DNA of 64,000 nucleotides from Vulcanimicrobiota bacterium (GCA_963812135.1 CAWETU010000005.1:1-64000), one strand, 5' to 3'. Positions 22,463 through 33,030 are shown, numbered from the stretch's first letter. Translations and numbers: made by a program. Notes: generated by a model from the letters alone, not told the origin.

Positions 22463-22551
22463 TCCGGCCTCCTTGCTCCCGCCCGATCTATAGTATAGTA
22501 CACCCGGTTTCCAGGTGCAACGGGACTCGCGGCCGAGGCAGAGTGTGGTTG

Positions 22552-23406
22552 TTAGGCCGTGTGGCCCCGGACCAAGAGCAGCGCGATCATCCCAAGCCCG
22601 AAAGCCCAGCAGTAGATCGCAAACGGCGTCAGGCGATGATGGTCGACGTAGCGCATGAAGAACCGGATCGCGAAGAAGCCTGAAATCAGAGCAGCCAAGA
22701 AGCCGGCCGCGATGATCAATGTCGGCTCGGGCGCTGCGGTCGCCGAGGCGAAGCCGTGGACTGCCGCCCCCGGATGTGGATGGAGAATGCGGCGCAGCTC
22801 AAAGACGCTTGCGCCGAGTATCGCGGGGCCGGCCAACAAGAACGAGAATCGCGCCGCTTGCTCGCGCGACAGGCCGGCAAGCAGACCGGCAGCGATCGAG
22901 AAGCCCGACCGCGACCCCCCGGGAACGAGTCCGGCGATCTGGCTCAGCCCGACCGCGAACGCGCCGCCCCACGATAGGCGCTCTGCGTCTGCAGAACCTT
23001 GCGGCAAGCGCTCGACGATGAAGAGCACCAACCCGGTGACGAGTAGGCCGACGGCTGCCACGAGCGGCCGCCCGTAGAGCGGATCGAGCCGCTTCTCCAG
23101 CAGATAGCCGATGATCGCCAGCGGCACCGTGCCGACGACGACGAGCATCGCCAGCCGCTCGTTCGGTTTGCTCCACCGGTCTGCGAATCCGGTGAAGAAC
23201 CCGCTGAGGATCTGCCAGAAATCGCGCGCGAAATAGATGAGCACCGCCAGGAACGTGCCGAGGTGCAGCATGGCGACGAACGGCAAGCTCGGCGGAGTCC
23301 AGCCGAGGAGCGTGGAGATCAGCAGGGTGTGGGCGGTGCTGCTTATCGGAAAGAGCTCGGCGACGCCCTGGATGACGCCGAGCACGATCGCTTGGAAAAG
23401 ACCCAC
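22552..23406 (-). CDS. uppP: Undecaprenyl-diphosphate phosphatase
   Basis: GVIQGVAELFPISSTAH, HLGT, PGGSRSG, AARFSFLL. Confidence 0.96.
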   Translation of the reverse strand: MGLFQAIVLGVIQGVAELFPISSTAHTLLISTLLGWTPPSLPFVAMLHLGTFLAVLIYFARDFWQILSGFFTGFADRWSKPNERLAMLVVVGTVPLAIIGYLLEKRLDPLYGRPLVAAVGLLVTGLVLFIVERLPQGSADAERLSWGGAFAVGLSQIAGLVPGGSRSGFSIAAGLLAGLSREQAARFSFLLAGPAILGASVFELRRILHPHPGAAVHGFASATAAPEPTLIIAAGFLAALISGFFAIRFFMRYVDHHRLTPFAIYCWAFGLGMIALLLVRGHTA

Positions 23407-24132
23407 TTACTCGAGCTGGAAGACGTAGTCGATCAGGTAATCGCTTTGCTGCGACGGCGGTTTGAATGTGCTCGCGCGCGCGGCCTTGAGGGCGGCGTTG
23501 TCGAGCAAGGGACTGCCCGACGACTGATAGATCTTCGCCGCCACGAGCTGACCGCTCGCCGAGATCGTCACTTCGACCACCGCAGTTCCCTGAATGCCTT
23601 GCTCGTGCGCGAGCTCTGGATACTCAAGCGGCGCTTTGTACCTGAATTCGGCATCCGTGACGCTGGTCGGACCTACCGGACGTGGCGGTGAGGTCGGCCC
23701 AGCGGTCGGAGGAGCCGACGGAACGCCGTTCTCGTTACCGTGCGGAGCCGGCGTGTACGCCTGCTCGGCAGGACCCGTGCCCCCTTCGCTGTGCGTCTTC
23801 GCGACGTTAAGCTTGAGGTGCGCCGGCGGCGGCGTGTTCTTGAGCGGCGGCGGTGTCGGCGTCGGCGGTGGTGTCGGCGTCGGCGGCGGCGTCGGTTTGG
23901 GCGTCGGTGGCGGCTTGATCAGCGTCTGCACGACGACTTTTTGCGGCGGCGGCGTGGCTTCTTCTTGGAAATGCGGGATGAGCTTCTCTCCGACGGCGCC
24001 AATGACGAAGTGGCCGACGGCGGACAGGATGATGAAACCGAGCGAAAGATAGATCAGCGCGTAGCCGTCGCGTTTTGTGAACAGCGCGGGGGTCGTTCGC
24101 CCCTTCTGTGGCGCGCCGGTGGTCGTGGCCAA
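23407..24132 (-). CDS. tonB: TonB family energy transducer
   Basis: TM SAVGH, PT-rich linker, YPELAHEQGIQG..SSGSPLLDNAA. Confidence 0.92.
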   Translation of the reverse strand: MATTTGAPQKGRTTPALFTKRDGYALIYLSLGFIILSAVGHFVIGAVGEKLIPHFQEEATPPPQKVVVQTLIKPPPTPKPTPPPTPTPPPTPTPPPLKNTPPPAHLKLNVAKTHSEGGTGPAEQAYTPAPHGNENGVPSAPPTAGPTSPPRPVGPTSVTDAEFRYKAPLEYPELAHEQGIQGTAVVEVTISASGQLVAAKIYQSSGSPLLDNAALKAARASTFKPPSQQSDYLIDYVFQLE

Positions 24133-24167
24133 ACTACTGGTTTCCTTTCTGCCCGCTACGGAGAGTT

Positions 24168-24647
24168 CTAATTCGAGTTGTCAGTAGCGCCATGGATCTT
24201 GTTGGCCAAGCCGAACTTGTTGAAACCTGCGGATTTCGCGGCATCCATCACGCGCAGCACTGTGCCGTAGTGCGCGGTGGGCGCGGCCTTGATGATGATG
24301 TCGGTCTGCGTCTGGTTGAACTGATCGAAATAGGTCTTGAAGCGATCGTAGATCGCCTTCTCATCTTCGCCGGTCGACCAGATGGTCTCCGAGCCGACCT
24401 GCACCGTGTCGCAATCCTTGCCGCCGCTGAACGTGCACTTATCGCCCGGCGCCTCGTGACCGATGATCACGACGATCGGGGAATTCTGCACCTTGAGCTT
24501 GTTGAGCGCCTCGGGAACCGGCGGCGGCTTCAGCAGCGAGGTCAAGATCATGAAGATGATGAGCAGGACCAACAGCACGTCGGTGAACGGCGTGATGTTG
24601 ATGGTCGACATCACATCTTCTTCGGGATTGGATCCTACCATCGACAT
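24168..24647 (-). CDS. exbD: ExbD/TolR family protein
   Basis: INITPFTDVLLVLLIIFMI, YGTVLRVMDAAK. Confidence 0.93.
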   Translation of the reverse strand: MSMVGSNPEEDVMSTINITPFTDVLLVLLIIFMILTSLLKPPPVPEALNKLKVQNSPIVVIIGHEAPGDKCTFSGGKDCDTVQVGSETIWSTGEDEKAIYDRFKTYFDQFNQTQTDIIIKAAPTAHYGTVLRVMDAAKSAGFNKFGLANKIHGATDNSN

Positions 24648-24660
24648 AGCGTCTGCGTCC

Positions 24661-25098
24661 TTATTGCGTCACGAAGCCGACGTCGTCATCGTTGGCCGCA
24701 CGTGCCGCGTCGAGGATCTTGATGATGGTGTTATAGCTTGCGGCCGCGTCGGCGACCAGCGAGATATGGGTGAGGTAGCCTAGGTTCGCGTGCTCCTTGT
24801 GGAACTTGACCGCGGCGGCCATGTCGTCATACAGCTTTGCCTCGGAGCTCTGCCGTCCGTCGATGAAGATGCGATTGTTGGCCGAGACCTCGACGTCGAT
24901 CTGATGCTTGAGCTGGCTCAGATTGATCTTGGTCGGCGCGTCGTTCTTCTTCGGCAGTTCCTTCTGGAAGCCAGGCGGGGCCGCGAGCGCTGCAAGGATC
25001 ATGAAAATGATCAGCAGCACGAGCAGCACGTCGGTGAATGGCGTGATGTTGATCTCGGCCATCACCTCAGTGTCTTGCGCAGTGGATGTCAGTCCCAT
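24661..25098 (-). CDS. exbD: ExbD/TolR family protein
   Basis: AEINITPFTDVLLVLLIIFMI. Confidence 0.93.
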   Translation of the reverse strand: MGLTSTAQDTEVMAEINITPFTDVLLVLLIIFMILAALAAPPGFQKELPKKNDAPTKINLSQLKHQIDVEVSANNRIFIDGRQSSEAKLYDDMAAAVKFHKEHANLGYLTHISLVADAAASYNTIIKILDAARAANDDDVGFVTQ

Positions 25099-25218
25099 CG
25101 TTCTCTTGCCTTCGTCTCTTCGTCGTCCGCCATGGCCGCGAGGTTCATCGCGACCGGCGTGCCGGGCAGCTCACGCATGTTTCGAAGCTGCCCGGTCGCC
25201 TGGTAAGCGACGTCTCCC

Positions 25219-25938
25219 CTAGTTGCCGCCTGGACCCGCGGGCCGCGGTGCCGGCGCCGGCGCCTTGCCTGCTCCGCGCGGGTTGTACAGCTCGGTGGGG
25301 ATGGGCGAGCCCGTGTTATGGAAGTGCAGCATCTCGGCGAGCTTGTTGGCGGCGACGATCATCTCCTGATTGTACGCTTTGATGCGCGACTTGAAGTAGT
25401 TGAAGAACACCACCGCGACGACGGCGACCAAGAGGCCGGCAGCCGTGGTCACGAGGGCCTCGGAAACGCCCGCCGCGACGACCGCAGGCGTCGAGTTGCC
25501 CTTGAGCGCGATGTCTTGGAAGGCCCGGATGATGCCGAGCACCGTGCCGAACAGACCGACGAACGGCGCGATGACCGCGACCGTGCCGATGATCGACAGG
25601 TTGGCTTCGAGGGCGTTGAGCTGCTCGAGCAATCCGATCGAGAGCGCATCGCTGATATCCGCGCGGCTCTTCTCATGCCGATACAGTCCGAACTGCAAGA
25701 TCTTCGGCAACATGCCGCGGTGGCGATCGCAGACCGCGATCGCGCCGTTCATGTCATCGCGCGAGACGCGATCGCCGATCTCCCGCAGCAACTGCGTCGG
25801 ATCGGAATGCTGGCGCGAGAAGAAGAAAAATCGTTCGAACACGATGCCGATCGAGATGATCGACATGAACAGCAGGATCCACATGGCGAATCCGCCGACT
25901 TGAAGAAAATTATAGAACGCTACTAATGGGTTTTCCAT
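25219..25938 (-). CDS. exbB: ExbB/TolQ/MotA proton channel
   Basis: APFVGLFGTVLGII, GVSEALVTTAAGL. Confidence 0.95.
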   Translation of the reverse strand: MENPLVAFYNFLQVGGFAMWILLFMSIISIGIVFERFFFFSRQHSDPTQLLREIGDRVSRDDMNGAIAVCDRHRGMLPKILQFGLYRHEKSRADISDALSIGLLEQLNALEANLSIIGTVAVIAPFVGLFGTVLGIIRAFQDIALKGNSTPAVVAAGVSEALVTTAAGLLVAVVAVVFFNYFKSRIKAYNQEMIVAANKLAEMLHFHNTGSPIPTELYNPRGAGKAPAPAPRPAGPGGN

Positions 25939-26162
25939 GAATGCAATTCCCCTTTAGGGTAGAGATTCGGCCCCAGGAAAGGCCTCCGAGGCTGCGTGAG
26001 AGGTGCGCCTAAAATGCAGAAGGCGGGCGGTGGCCCGGCCGTCATCGGTTTGTCCGATTATACGGGCCACTGTCGCCTTCCTACCGCGTCCCCGGGCCGC
26101 CTTTCGCAGGCCGGATTCGCGTGCGTGTGTGTGCCTTAAGACCATAGACCTGTATTTATTCC

Positions 26163-27794
26163 CTAATGTCCGGGTTCTCCAGGCATTCCGCGCGGCGGAG
26201 AATACCCTGTGAGGTCGGCCCCGTTCAGTTCCTTGTAGCGTGCGTTGACCGCGGCCATGCCGTCGGCGTTGTTTTGCGCTTTGTAGAGGTCGAACGCTTT
26301 GTGCAGCGCGGAGTTGGCTTGGTCTTTGTGGTTTTGGCGAGCGAGCGCGACGCCAAGATCGTACCAGCCGCTCGCGAAGTTCGGGTCCGCGTTGGTCGCA
26401 GCGGTCGCATACTTGAGGGCGTCGGGCGTCGGATCGGGACTCTTCGCCTGGATTTGGAGCAAGAGCGCCGCGATCGTGGCGTTGTACGGTGCGGCATTGT
26501 TGGGAGCGGCGGCGAGCGCGCGCGCGAGCGCCGTCGAGGTCGTGGTCAGATCGCCCTGGAGCGCCGCGATCTGCGCGTAACCGAAGAGCGCGTTGCCGTC
26601 CTTCGGATCGATGGCGAGCGCTTTGTCGTATGCCGCTTTGGCCTTGGCGAAGTCTTTCTTCTGCACGTAGATATCGCCGATGTCTACTTGTACTTGCGGT
26701 TCGTTCGGCGCGATCTGCGCGAGCTGGCTCAACGGGCCGAGCGCCGCGTCGAATTTACCTTTGCGGATGTAATAGCCGGCGAGCGCCTGATATGCAACGG
26801 GGCTGTTCGGGGCGATCCGTTCGGCTTGGTTCACCGATGCGATGCCGTCGGATTCTTGTCCGAGGTTGAGTTGCGAGACGCCCAAATCCGCGTAGATGCG
26901 AGCAGTGACGTTCACCGACTTCTTGTCGTCGAGCTGCAGCGCGTTTTTGAACGCGGCGATGGCGCCTTGGTTGTCGCCCGTGCCCTGGAGCGCTTCGCCG
27001 AGCTCGATCTGATACTGCACTTGCGTGGGGTCGAGCTTGGCGGCTTTTTGCGCGTACGGCAACGCGGTGGCCGCCTGTTGCGCCTCGAGCTGTACGAACG
27101 CGTACTGCCCGTACGCGATCGCCGCCTGGCGGGCATCGGTCGTCTCGGGCTTGGGATCGATCGAGAGCATCGTATCGTAGGCCTGCACGGATTGCTTGTA
27201 GCGATCGTCTTTCTTGTTCTGCAGACCGTCGCTATAGTACGCAAAGCCCAGCAGCGACCAGAATTTCGCGTTCTTGGGATCGAGCTGCGTGCCTTTGAGG
27301 AGCACGTCTTCCGCCTTCGCGTAATTCTTGCCGTTGATCAGCACGATCGCGTAGTTGCGCCGCGCCGTCGCGTCGTTGGGATTGGCGGCGAGTTTCGCTT
27401 CAAACTCGTTCGCGTTGCCCTCGTCCGAGGCGAGGCCTTGCAACGTGAAGCGATACGTGACGTCGAAATATGCGAGCGCCGGTTTGCCGTTGCTGTAGGC
27501 CGGTTTATACGTCGACGCTTTGACAGCGCTGAGCACCGCGTCGTCGAGATCTTTATGCCCTGACGACTTGAAGATCGTGTAGCTCGTCGCTTTGCCCGAC
27601 GACTGGACGAGGACTTTGACTTTGACCTCACCGGTCTCGCCCGCGGCGCGCGCGGAATCGGGATAATCCGGTTTCACCTGGCTGGCGAATTGCGGAGGCG
27701 CGTAGCCGGCTTGATCGGCATAGGCGACGGCGGCGCCGAGCATGGTCGCGGTCGCGATCAAGGCCGCAACAAGGCTGCGTTGCAGTTGGTGCAT
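26163..27794 (-). CDS. Secreted TonB C-terminal domain + TPR protein
   Basis: Signal peptide; PDYP..GETGEV..SSGHKDLDDA, then multiple TPR repeats ending LDP/APN. Confidence 0.88.
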   Translation of the reverse strand: MHQLQRSLVAALIATATMLGAAVAYADQAGYAPPQFASQVKPDYPDSARAAGETGEVKVKVLVQSSGKATSYTIFKSSGHKDLDDAVLSAVKASTYKPAYSNGKPALAYFDVTYRFTLQGLASDEGNANEFEAKLAANPNDATARRNYAIVLINGKNYAKAEDVLLKGTQLDPKNAKFWSLLGFAYYSDGLQNKKDDRYKQSVQAYDTMLSIDPKPETTDARQAAIAYGQYAFVQLEAQQAATALPYAQKAAKLDPTQVQYQIELGEALQGTGDNQGAIAAFKNALQLDDKKSVNVTARIYADLGVSQLNLGQESDGIASVNQAERIAPNSPVAYQALAGYYIRKGKFDAALGPLSQLAQIAPNEPQVQVDIGDIYVQKKDFAKAKAAYDKALAIDPKDGNALFGYAQIAALQGDLTTTSTALARALAAAPNNAAPYNATIAALLLQIQAKSPDPTPDALKYATAATNADPNFASGWYDLGVALARQNHKDQANSALHKAFDLYKAQNNADGMAAVNARYKELNGADLTGYSPPRGMPGEPGH

Positions 27795-27837
27795 GGGTCT
27801 CCTTTTGACACGTGAATTCGCGGACTGTATGCCCGCG

Positions 27838-28765
27838 CTATCGATTGCGAGCGTGGCTCTTTCTGTTCCGGGTACCCAGAATCCGCCGTCTGGCCGCGGC
27901 TGCGGATCGGAAGTACGCTTCGATTTTTGCTAAATCACCGCTTTTTAGCGCTGCTTTCAGCGTGGTGAGCACCCTGCCCAGCGCCTGCAGCGCCCGCAGG
28001 GTGTTGCCCGCGTTGCTGATGAGGCTTCTTTCCCATACCGAAAACGGCGATTCGGCCAGTCTCGTTGCACCCTCAAAACCAGGACCCGAGAGCCGCACGC
28101 TCGTGCGGCCGGCTGCCCGCTGTGCTGCCAACGCCACGGCGAGCGGAGGCGAGCTGCGGCAGTGCGCTGGTAGCGGCGACGACGCGGTCGTGCTCGGCAG
28201 GATCGACTCTCACCGGCATTGCGCCCAGCCGTTTCACGAAGCGCTCGGCCGTGCGCCACGCTTTTGGCCTGCCGCGCTGCGGGGGCGCGAACAACGCGAA
28301 TGGCCTTTCTTCAAAGAGGTCGGCTCGCGCGTGCTTCGGGCCGGCGTGCTCGCTTCCGGCCAATGGATGGCCCGCGACGAAGGCGGCGACCGGCGCTCGG
28401 CGCCGCAGCGCGGGCCGGACCGCCGACACGACCGGTGCGAAGAGCGGACCTACATCTATAAGGAAGGCGCGCGGCGAGGCGAGCGTGAGAGCCGCTGGCA
28501 GCTGGCACACGATCTGGTCGAGCGGGGCGGCCAGCACGATGGTCGAGGCCCCGGTGACGGCCGATTCAAAGGTGGCCGCACAACGGTCGATCGCCCCGCT
28601 CCGGCGCGCGGCGTTCGCGTGGCGGCGGTTTGGATCCCAGCCGACGACTGACAGGGCAGGCGAGCGCTTCTTGAGCGCGAGTCCGACGGACGTGCCGATC
28701 AGCCCGGTTCCGATGATCGCAACGCTGTAGCGGTCGAGTTTATTCGACCGTTTTTTTGTCGTCAC
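27838..28765 (-). CDS. tyrA: Prephenate/arogenate dehydrogenase (frameshift ~28140)
   Basis: [30 protein letters not shown]...TRLA.S...W in the next frame. Confidence 0.9.
28727..28750 (+). repeat. GTAG-type REP palindrome within tyrA 5' end
   Basis: GTAGCGGTCGAGTTTATTCGACCG. Confidence 0.85.
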
Positions 28766-29808
28766 ACGGTGGCGGCGACGTCGGATGCGATCGGCCGGCC
28801 GACCGCCCGCGCGACGGCGCGCGCGCCATCCATCATCGCGGCGAACTTCTCGAATGTGAGCGACTCGAAACCGTCTTTAAGCGCTTCAGCCGGATTTGGA
28901 TGCACTTCGATCATCAGTCCGTCCGCGCCCGCGGCCAGTCCGGCACGCGCCATCGGCGCGACCAGCTCCCATCGGCCAGTGCCATGGCTTGGATCGACGA
29001 TGACCGGCAAATGTGTCAGCTGCTTGAGCAGCGGCACGGCATTGAGATCGAGCGTGTTGCGCGTCGCGGGTTCGAACGTGCGGATGCCGCGCTCGCACAG
29101 CATCACGTCGTGATTGCCGCCCGCGAAGATGTATTCCGCCGCGAGCAGCCACTCTTCGATGGTCGCCGACAGTCCGCGCTTGAGCATGACCGGCTTGCGC
29201 GCTTTGGCGACTTCTTTGAGCAAGTTGAAGTTCTGCATGTTGCGCGCGCCGACTTGGAGGATGTCGGCGTAGCTCTCCACCATCGCGACGTCGCGCGGGT
29301 CGAGCACTTCGGTGATGACAGGGAGCCCGGTCTCGTCGCGCGCCGCCGCGAGGATCTCGAGGCCTTCTTTTCCCATCCCTTGGAACGAGTACGGCGACGT
29401 GCTCGGCTTGTATGCGCCGCCGCGCAGCAGCGTTGCGCCCGAAGCCTTGACCGCATGGGCGGTGCGCAGCAGCATATCGCGGCCTTCGACCGTGCACGGA
29501 CCCGCGATCACGTGCACCGCGTTGCCGCCGATCTCGACGCCGTTGGACAGCTTGATGACGGTGTCGCTCTGCGCGCCCTCGCGGCTGACCAGCTTGTACG
29601 ATTTGCTGATCGGCACGACGCGCTCGACCCACGGGATGCCGGCGAGTTGCGCCGCCAACATGTCCTTGTTCTCGCGCACGCCGAGCACGCCGATGATCAG
29701 GCGCTCGACGCCCTTGGACACGTTGACGCCATAGCCCATCGCGGTGATCTTCTCGACCACCTCTTGGGCTTGGGCGTCTGTCGCGCCGCGTTTGATGATG
29801 ACGATCAT
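28762..29808 (-). CDS. aroF: DAHP synthase (type I-beta, N-terminal regulatory domain)
   Basis: [44 protein letters not shown]. Confidence 0.97.
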   Translation of the reverse strand: MIVIIKRGATDAQAQEVVEKITAMGYGVNVSKGVERLIIGVLGVRENKDMLAAQLAGIPWVERVVPISKSYKLVSREGAQSDTVIKLSNGVEIGGNAVHVIAGPCTVEGRDMLLRTAHAVKASGATLLRGGAYKPSTSPYSFQGMGKEGLEILAAARDETGLPVITEVLDPRDVAMVESYADILQVGARNMQNFNLLKEVAKARKPVMLKRGLSATIEEWLLAAEYIFAGGNHDVMLCERGIRTFEPATRNTLDLNAVPLLKQLTHLPVIVDPSHGTGRWELVAPMARAGLAAGADGLMIEVHPNPAEALKDGFESLTFEKFAAMMDGARAVARAVGRPIASDVAATV

Positions 29809-29820
29809 GCCGTACCTATC

Positions 29821-30216
29821 TCAGAACGTCGAGCCGGCCGTTTGCGGATTGTCCTCGCCTGTCAAATCCGGCCGAAGCGCCGTCGCGCCCTCCAGGTAGA
29901 TGTGTCTGATTGCCGATTGCGTCGCATCCGTGTTCACCAACATGAGCACGCGGATGCATTGCGCCAACCGGCCGGGCACGGCCATCTCGTGTCCGCACAG
30001 CAACGGGACCTTGTTCCACCCGAGCGCCCGCGCCGCGGCGGCCGGAAACTCTGCGTCGAGATCCTCGGTCGTCGTGAAGAAAACCGCAGCGATATCCGAC
30101 GCGTCGACGGCGTTGGCTTCGACCATCGCCACGAGCAGTCGCTCAGATGCGGAAATGATCGCAGCCGACGAATTGGCGGCGGCCGTGATGGCGCCGCGAA
30201 TGCCTCGGACCGCCAT
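29821..30216 (-). CDS. aroH: Chorismate mutase, AroH class
   Basis: VRGIRGAIT, DLDAEFPA, CIRVL, HIYLEGA..LRPDL. Confidence 0.96.
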   Translation of the reverse strand: MAVRGIRGAITAAANSSAAIISASERLLVAMVEANAVDASDIAAVFFTTTEDLDAEFPAAAARALGWNKVPLLCGHEMAVPGRLAQCIRVLMLVNTDATQSAIRHIYLEGATALRPDLTGEDNPQTAGSTF

Positions 30217-30225
30217 GTGCGGACT

Positions 30226-30956
30226 TCATTCTGTGGGCCGCATGGATGCCCTTTTCGGGCGCTCGTTCAGCTGTGATTCAGGTCGGTGAGGTGCGCCAAA
30301 GCACGAACTTCGCGTGCATCCAACACACGATGCATGTCCGCTCGCCGAGCCGTCCGAGTTCGATCGGGCCGAAGGCAACGCGTTGTAACTCGACGACACG
30401 CAGACCGTGTTGCGCAGATGCGCGCCTAATCTCGCGATTCTTCCCGCCGGTGAGCGTCATTTCGAAGCGCGCGCCGCTGCGAGTGCTGCCGACCTTGCGT
30501 CCCCCAAGTTCGCGAAGCGCTTCAGCGGTCGGCGCGCCCTCTACCGTCACCTGATACCTTCGGGGTATCTCAAATGATGGATGCGAAAGGCGGCGGCACA
30601 GTTCCCCATCGGACGTGCACAGCAGCAAGCCCGGTCGTCTGCGCATCGAGCCGGCCAATTGGAAACAAGCGTCTCCCTTTGGGTAATAGTTCGGCGATCG
30701 AACGCCGGCCGCGCTCATCGCGCATGGTGGTGACGACGCCGAGCGGTTTATTGAGGGCTATGGTGATGTGGGGCTCTGCTTTGACGCGGACAATGCGACC
30801 ATCGACGCGCACTTCATCAGTTGATGGATCTATCGGATCGCCTGGGCGCGCGCGGCGCCCATTGATCATGACAACGCCGCGGACGATGAGCTCGTCCGCG
30901 GCGCGCCTGCTGGCTATTCCCGCATCTGCGAGATATTTGTTGATCCGGATCGTCAA
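30226..30956 (-). CDS. rluB: RluB/RsuA-family pseudouridine synthase (several frameshifts; end approximate)
   Basis: RINKYLA..GIASRR, LNKP.G, PIGRLD, GKNREIRR. Confidence 0.85.
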
Positions 30957-30981
30957 TGGAGCGCCGGCTCGTCCCCGGGCC

Positions 30982-32820
30982 TTAGCGGTCTCCGTCGTTG
31001 GCCATCGACATCGCTTCTTTGGTCACCGACTTGAGGAAGTCTTCATTGCTGTCGGTGCGCCGGAAGCGCTCGAGGATCAGCTCGGTCATCTCTTGCGTGC
31101 CCAGCACTGCGGTCGCGCGGCGCAGCATGACGATCTTGCGCAGCTCGACTTCGGAGAGCAGCAGCTCTTCGTGCCGCGTGCCCGAACGCTTGATGTCGAC
31201 CGCCGGGAAGATCCGGCTGTCGGCCAGCTTGCGCACGAGATTGATCTCCATGTTGCCCGTGCCTTTGAACTCTTCGAAGATCACGTCGTCCATCTTCGAA
31301 CCGGTCTCGATGAGCGCGGTTGCGATGATGGTGAGACTGCCGCCGCCTTCGATGTTACGCGCGGCGCCGAAGAATCGCTTGGGTTTGTGCAGCGCGCTCG
31401 TGTCCAGACCGCCGGAGAGCGTGCGGCCCGTCGCGGGCATCACTTGGTTCCACGCCCGCGCGAGGCGCGTGATGGAGTCGAGCAGGATCACGACGTCGTG
31501 GCCGAGCTCCACGAGGCGCTTGCAGCGCTCGAGGGTGAGCTCGGAGACCGCCGTGTGGTTGTCAGGGTGTTCGTCAAAGGTCGACGAGACGACGTCGCCC
31601 TCGATCGAGCGGCGCATGTCCGTGACCTCTTCAGGCCGCTCGTCGACGAGCAGCGCGAAGAGATCGACTTCCGGATGATTTGCGGCGATCGCGTTGGCGA
31701 TCTTCTTGAGCAGCGTGGTCTTGCCGGCTTTGGGCGGTGAGACGATCAGGCCGCGCTGGCCTTTGCCGATCGGGCAGAGCAGATCGAGCACGCGTCCGCA
31801 CATCTCGAGCGACGACGTCTCCATCTTCAAGCGCTGGTCCGGATAGATCGGAACGAGTTTATCGAAATGCGGACGGCCGCGGATCGCTTCGGGATCTTGG
31901 CCGTTGACCGCTTCGACCTTGAGAATGCCGTGATATTTCTCGTTGTCTTTTGGATCGCGGCATTGGCCGGCGACCAAATCGCCGCTACGCAGCTCAAAGC
32001 GGCGCACTTGCGACTGCGAGATGTAGACGTCGTGCGGGCCGGGCCGCATGTTGTCGCGGCGCAAGAACCCGTAGCCTTCGGGCAATACGTCGAGCACGCC
32101 GACTGCGAAATTCAGTCCGGCGGCTTTGGCCTGCGCCTCGAGGATCGGGAATACGAGGTCTTGTTTCTTGATCCGCTGGAGCTCTGGGATCTCGAGCTTC
32201 TTGGCCAGCTCGACGAGCTCGGTGCGCGTCTTGTCCTCGAGCTCTTTGACCGACAAGAGATTCATCTCTTCGCCGGCCTTGGTCTTGAACGTCTTGGGTG
32301 CGGGCTGCTCGAACCGCTCTTGATACGTGCGCACCGGGAACACGCGCGCGCCGCGATCATTGTTGTTCCGGCCGCGGCCGCGATCCCGATCGAAGCGTTG
32401 CGGGCGATCGCCGCGTTCGAAGCGTTCTTGGCGCTCCCGCTCGGGGCGGTCGTTGCGGTCGCTTCGCTCAGTCCGATCAGTCCGCTCCGGACGGTCAGGT
32501 CGATCGCCCCGTTCAACGCGTTCGGGCCGGTCAGCGCGATCCGCGCGATCGACTCGATCCACGCGATCAGGTCGATCCCCGCGATCCGGCCGATCTGCAC
32601 GATCAACTCGATCCACGCGATCAACTCGGTCCACGCGGTCGACTCGGTCTACGCGATCGGGCCGTTCCGGTCGCTCCGCGCGATCCGGTCGCTCCGGCCG
32701 GTCGATGTCGACCTCTATTTCCATCGAGCCTGCGCTCGAGCGCGTTCGCGGCCGATAGACGCGAGGCGCCGATTCGAGGTCAGCGTCGGTTTCAGGAACT
32801 GATGATTCGTCGTCTTGCAC
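30982..32820 (-). CDS. rho: Transcription termination factor Rho with long N-terminal extension
   Basis: GYGFLR, IGKGQRGLIVSPPKAGKTT, DERPEEVTD, LDSITRLARA, EEFKGTGN; GTG start with AAGGTGG SD. Confidence 0.98.
   Translation of the reverse strand: MQDDESSVPETDADLESAPRVYRPRTRSSAGSMEIEVDIDRPERPDRAERPERPDRVDRVDRVDRVDRVDRVDRADRPDRGDRPDRVDRVDRADRADRPERVERGDRPDRPERTDRTERSDRNDRPERERQERFERGDRPQRFDRDRGRGRNNNDRGARVFPVRTYQERFEQPAPKTFKTKAGEEMNLLSVKELEDKTRTELVELAKKLEIPELQRIKKQDLVFPILEAQAKAAGLNFAVGVLDVLPEGYGFLRRDNMRPGPHDVYISQSQVRRFELRSGDLVAGQCRDPKDNEKYHGILKVEAVNGQDPEAIRGRPHFDKLVPIYPDQRLKMETSSLEMCGRVLDLLCPIGKGQRGLIVSPPKAGKTTLLKKIANAIAANHPEVDLFALLVDERPEEVTDMRRSIEGDVVSSTFDEHPDNHTAVSELTLERCKRLVELGHDVVILLDSITRLARAWNQVMPATGRTLSGGLDTSALHKPKRFFGAARNIEGGGSLTIIATALIETGSKMDDVIFEEFKGTGNMEINLVRKLADSRIFPAVDIKRSGTRHEELLLSEVELRKIVMLRRATAVLGTQEMTELILERFRRTDSNEDFLKSVTKEAMSMANDGDR
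32440..32720 (-). repeat. Imperfect 9-nt tandem repeats encoding (x-D/E-R)n in Rho
   Basis: PERPDRAERPERPDRVDRVDRVDRVDRVDRVDRADRPDRGDR... Confidence 0.9.
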
Positions 32821-33030
32821 GTGTGATAACCACCTTGGATAATAGCGAAGGAAGCGCATCGCAGGCGATATGCCGGCGACGGCGAGTATTGGTCAACAAA
32901 TCTGTGATGTCGTGATGAAATACACTAACGTCGATGTCGACGTGGATGACAGAGCGAGGGGATTTGTTGGTGATTGGAACAGTCGAGCTCGCGCCGTCAG
33001 TAAGTGGGCGGGAAGCTCACGCCGTCATTG

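Noticed and set aside
25090..25180. 29-aa ORF and hairpin between exbB and exbD
   Set aside because: No SD or recognisable homology; likely an intercistronic stem-loop.
32440..32720. Possible CRISPR array
   Set aside because: Short in-frame coding repeats without spacers; no cas genes.
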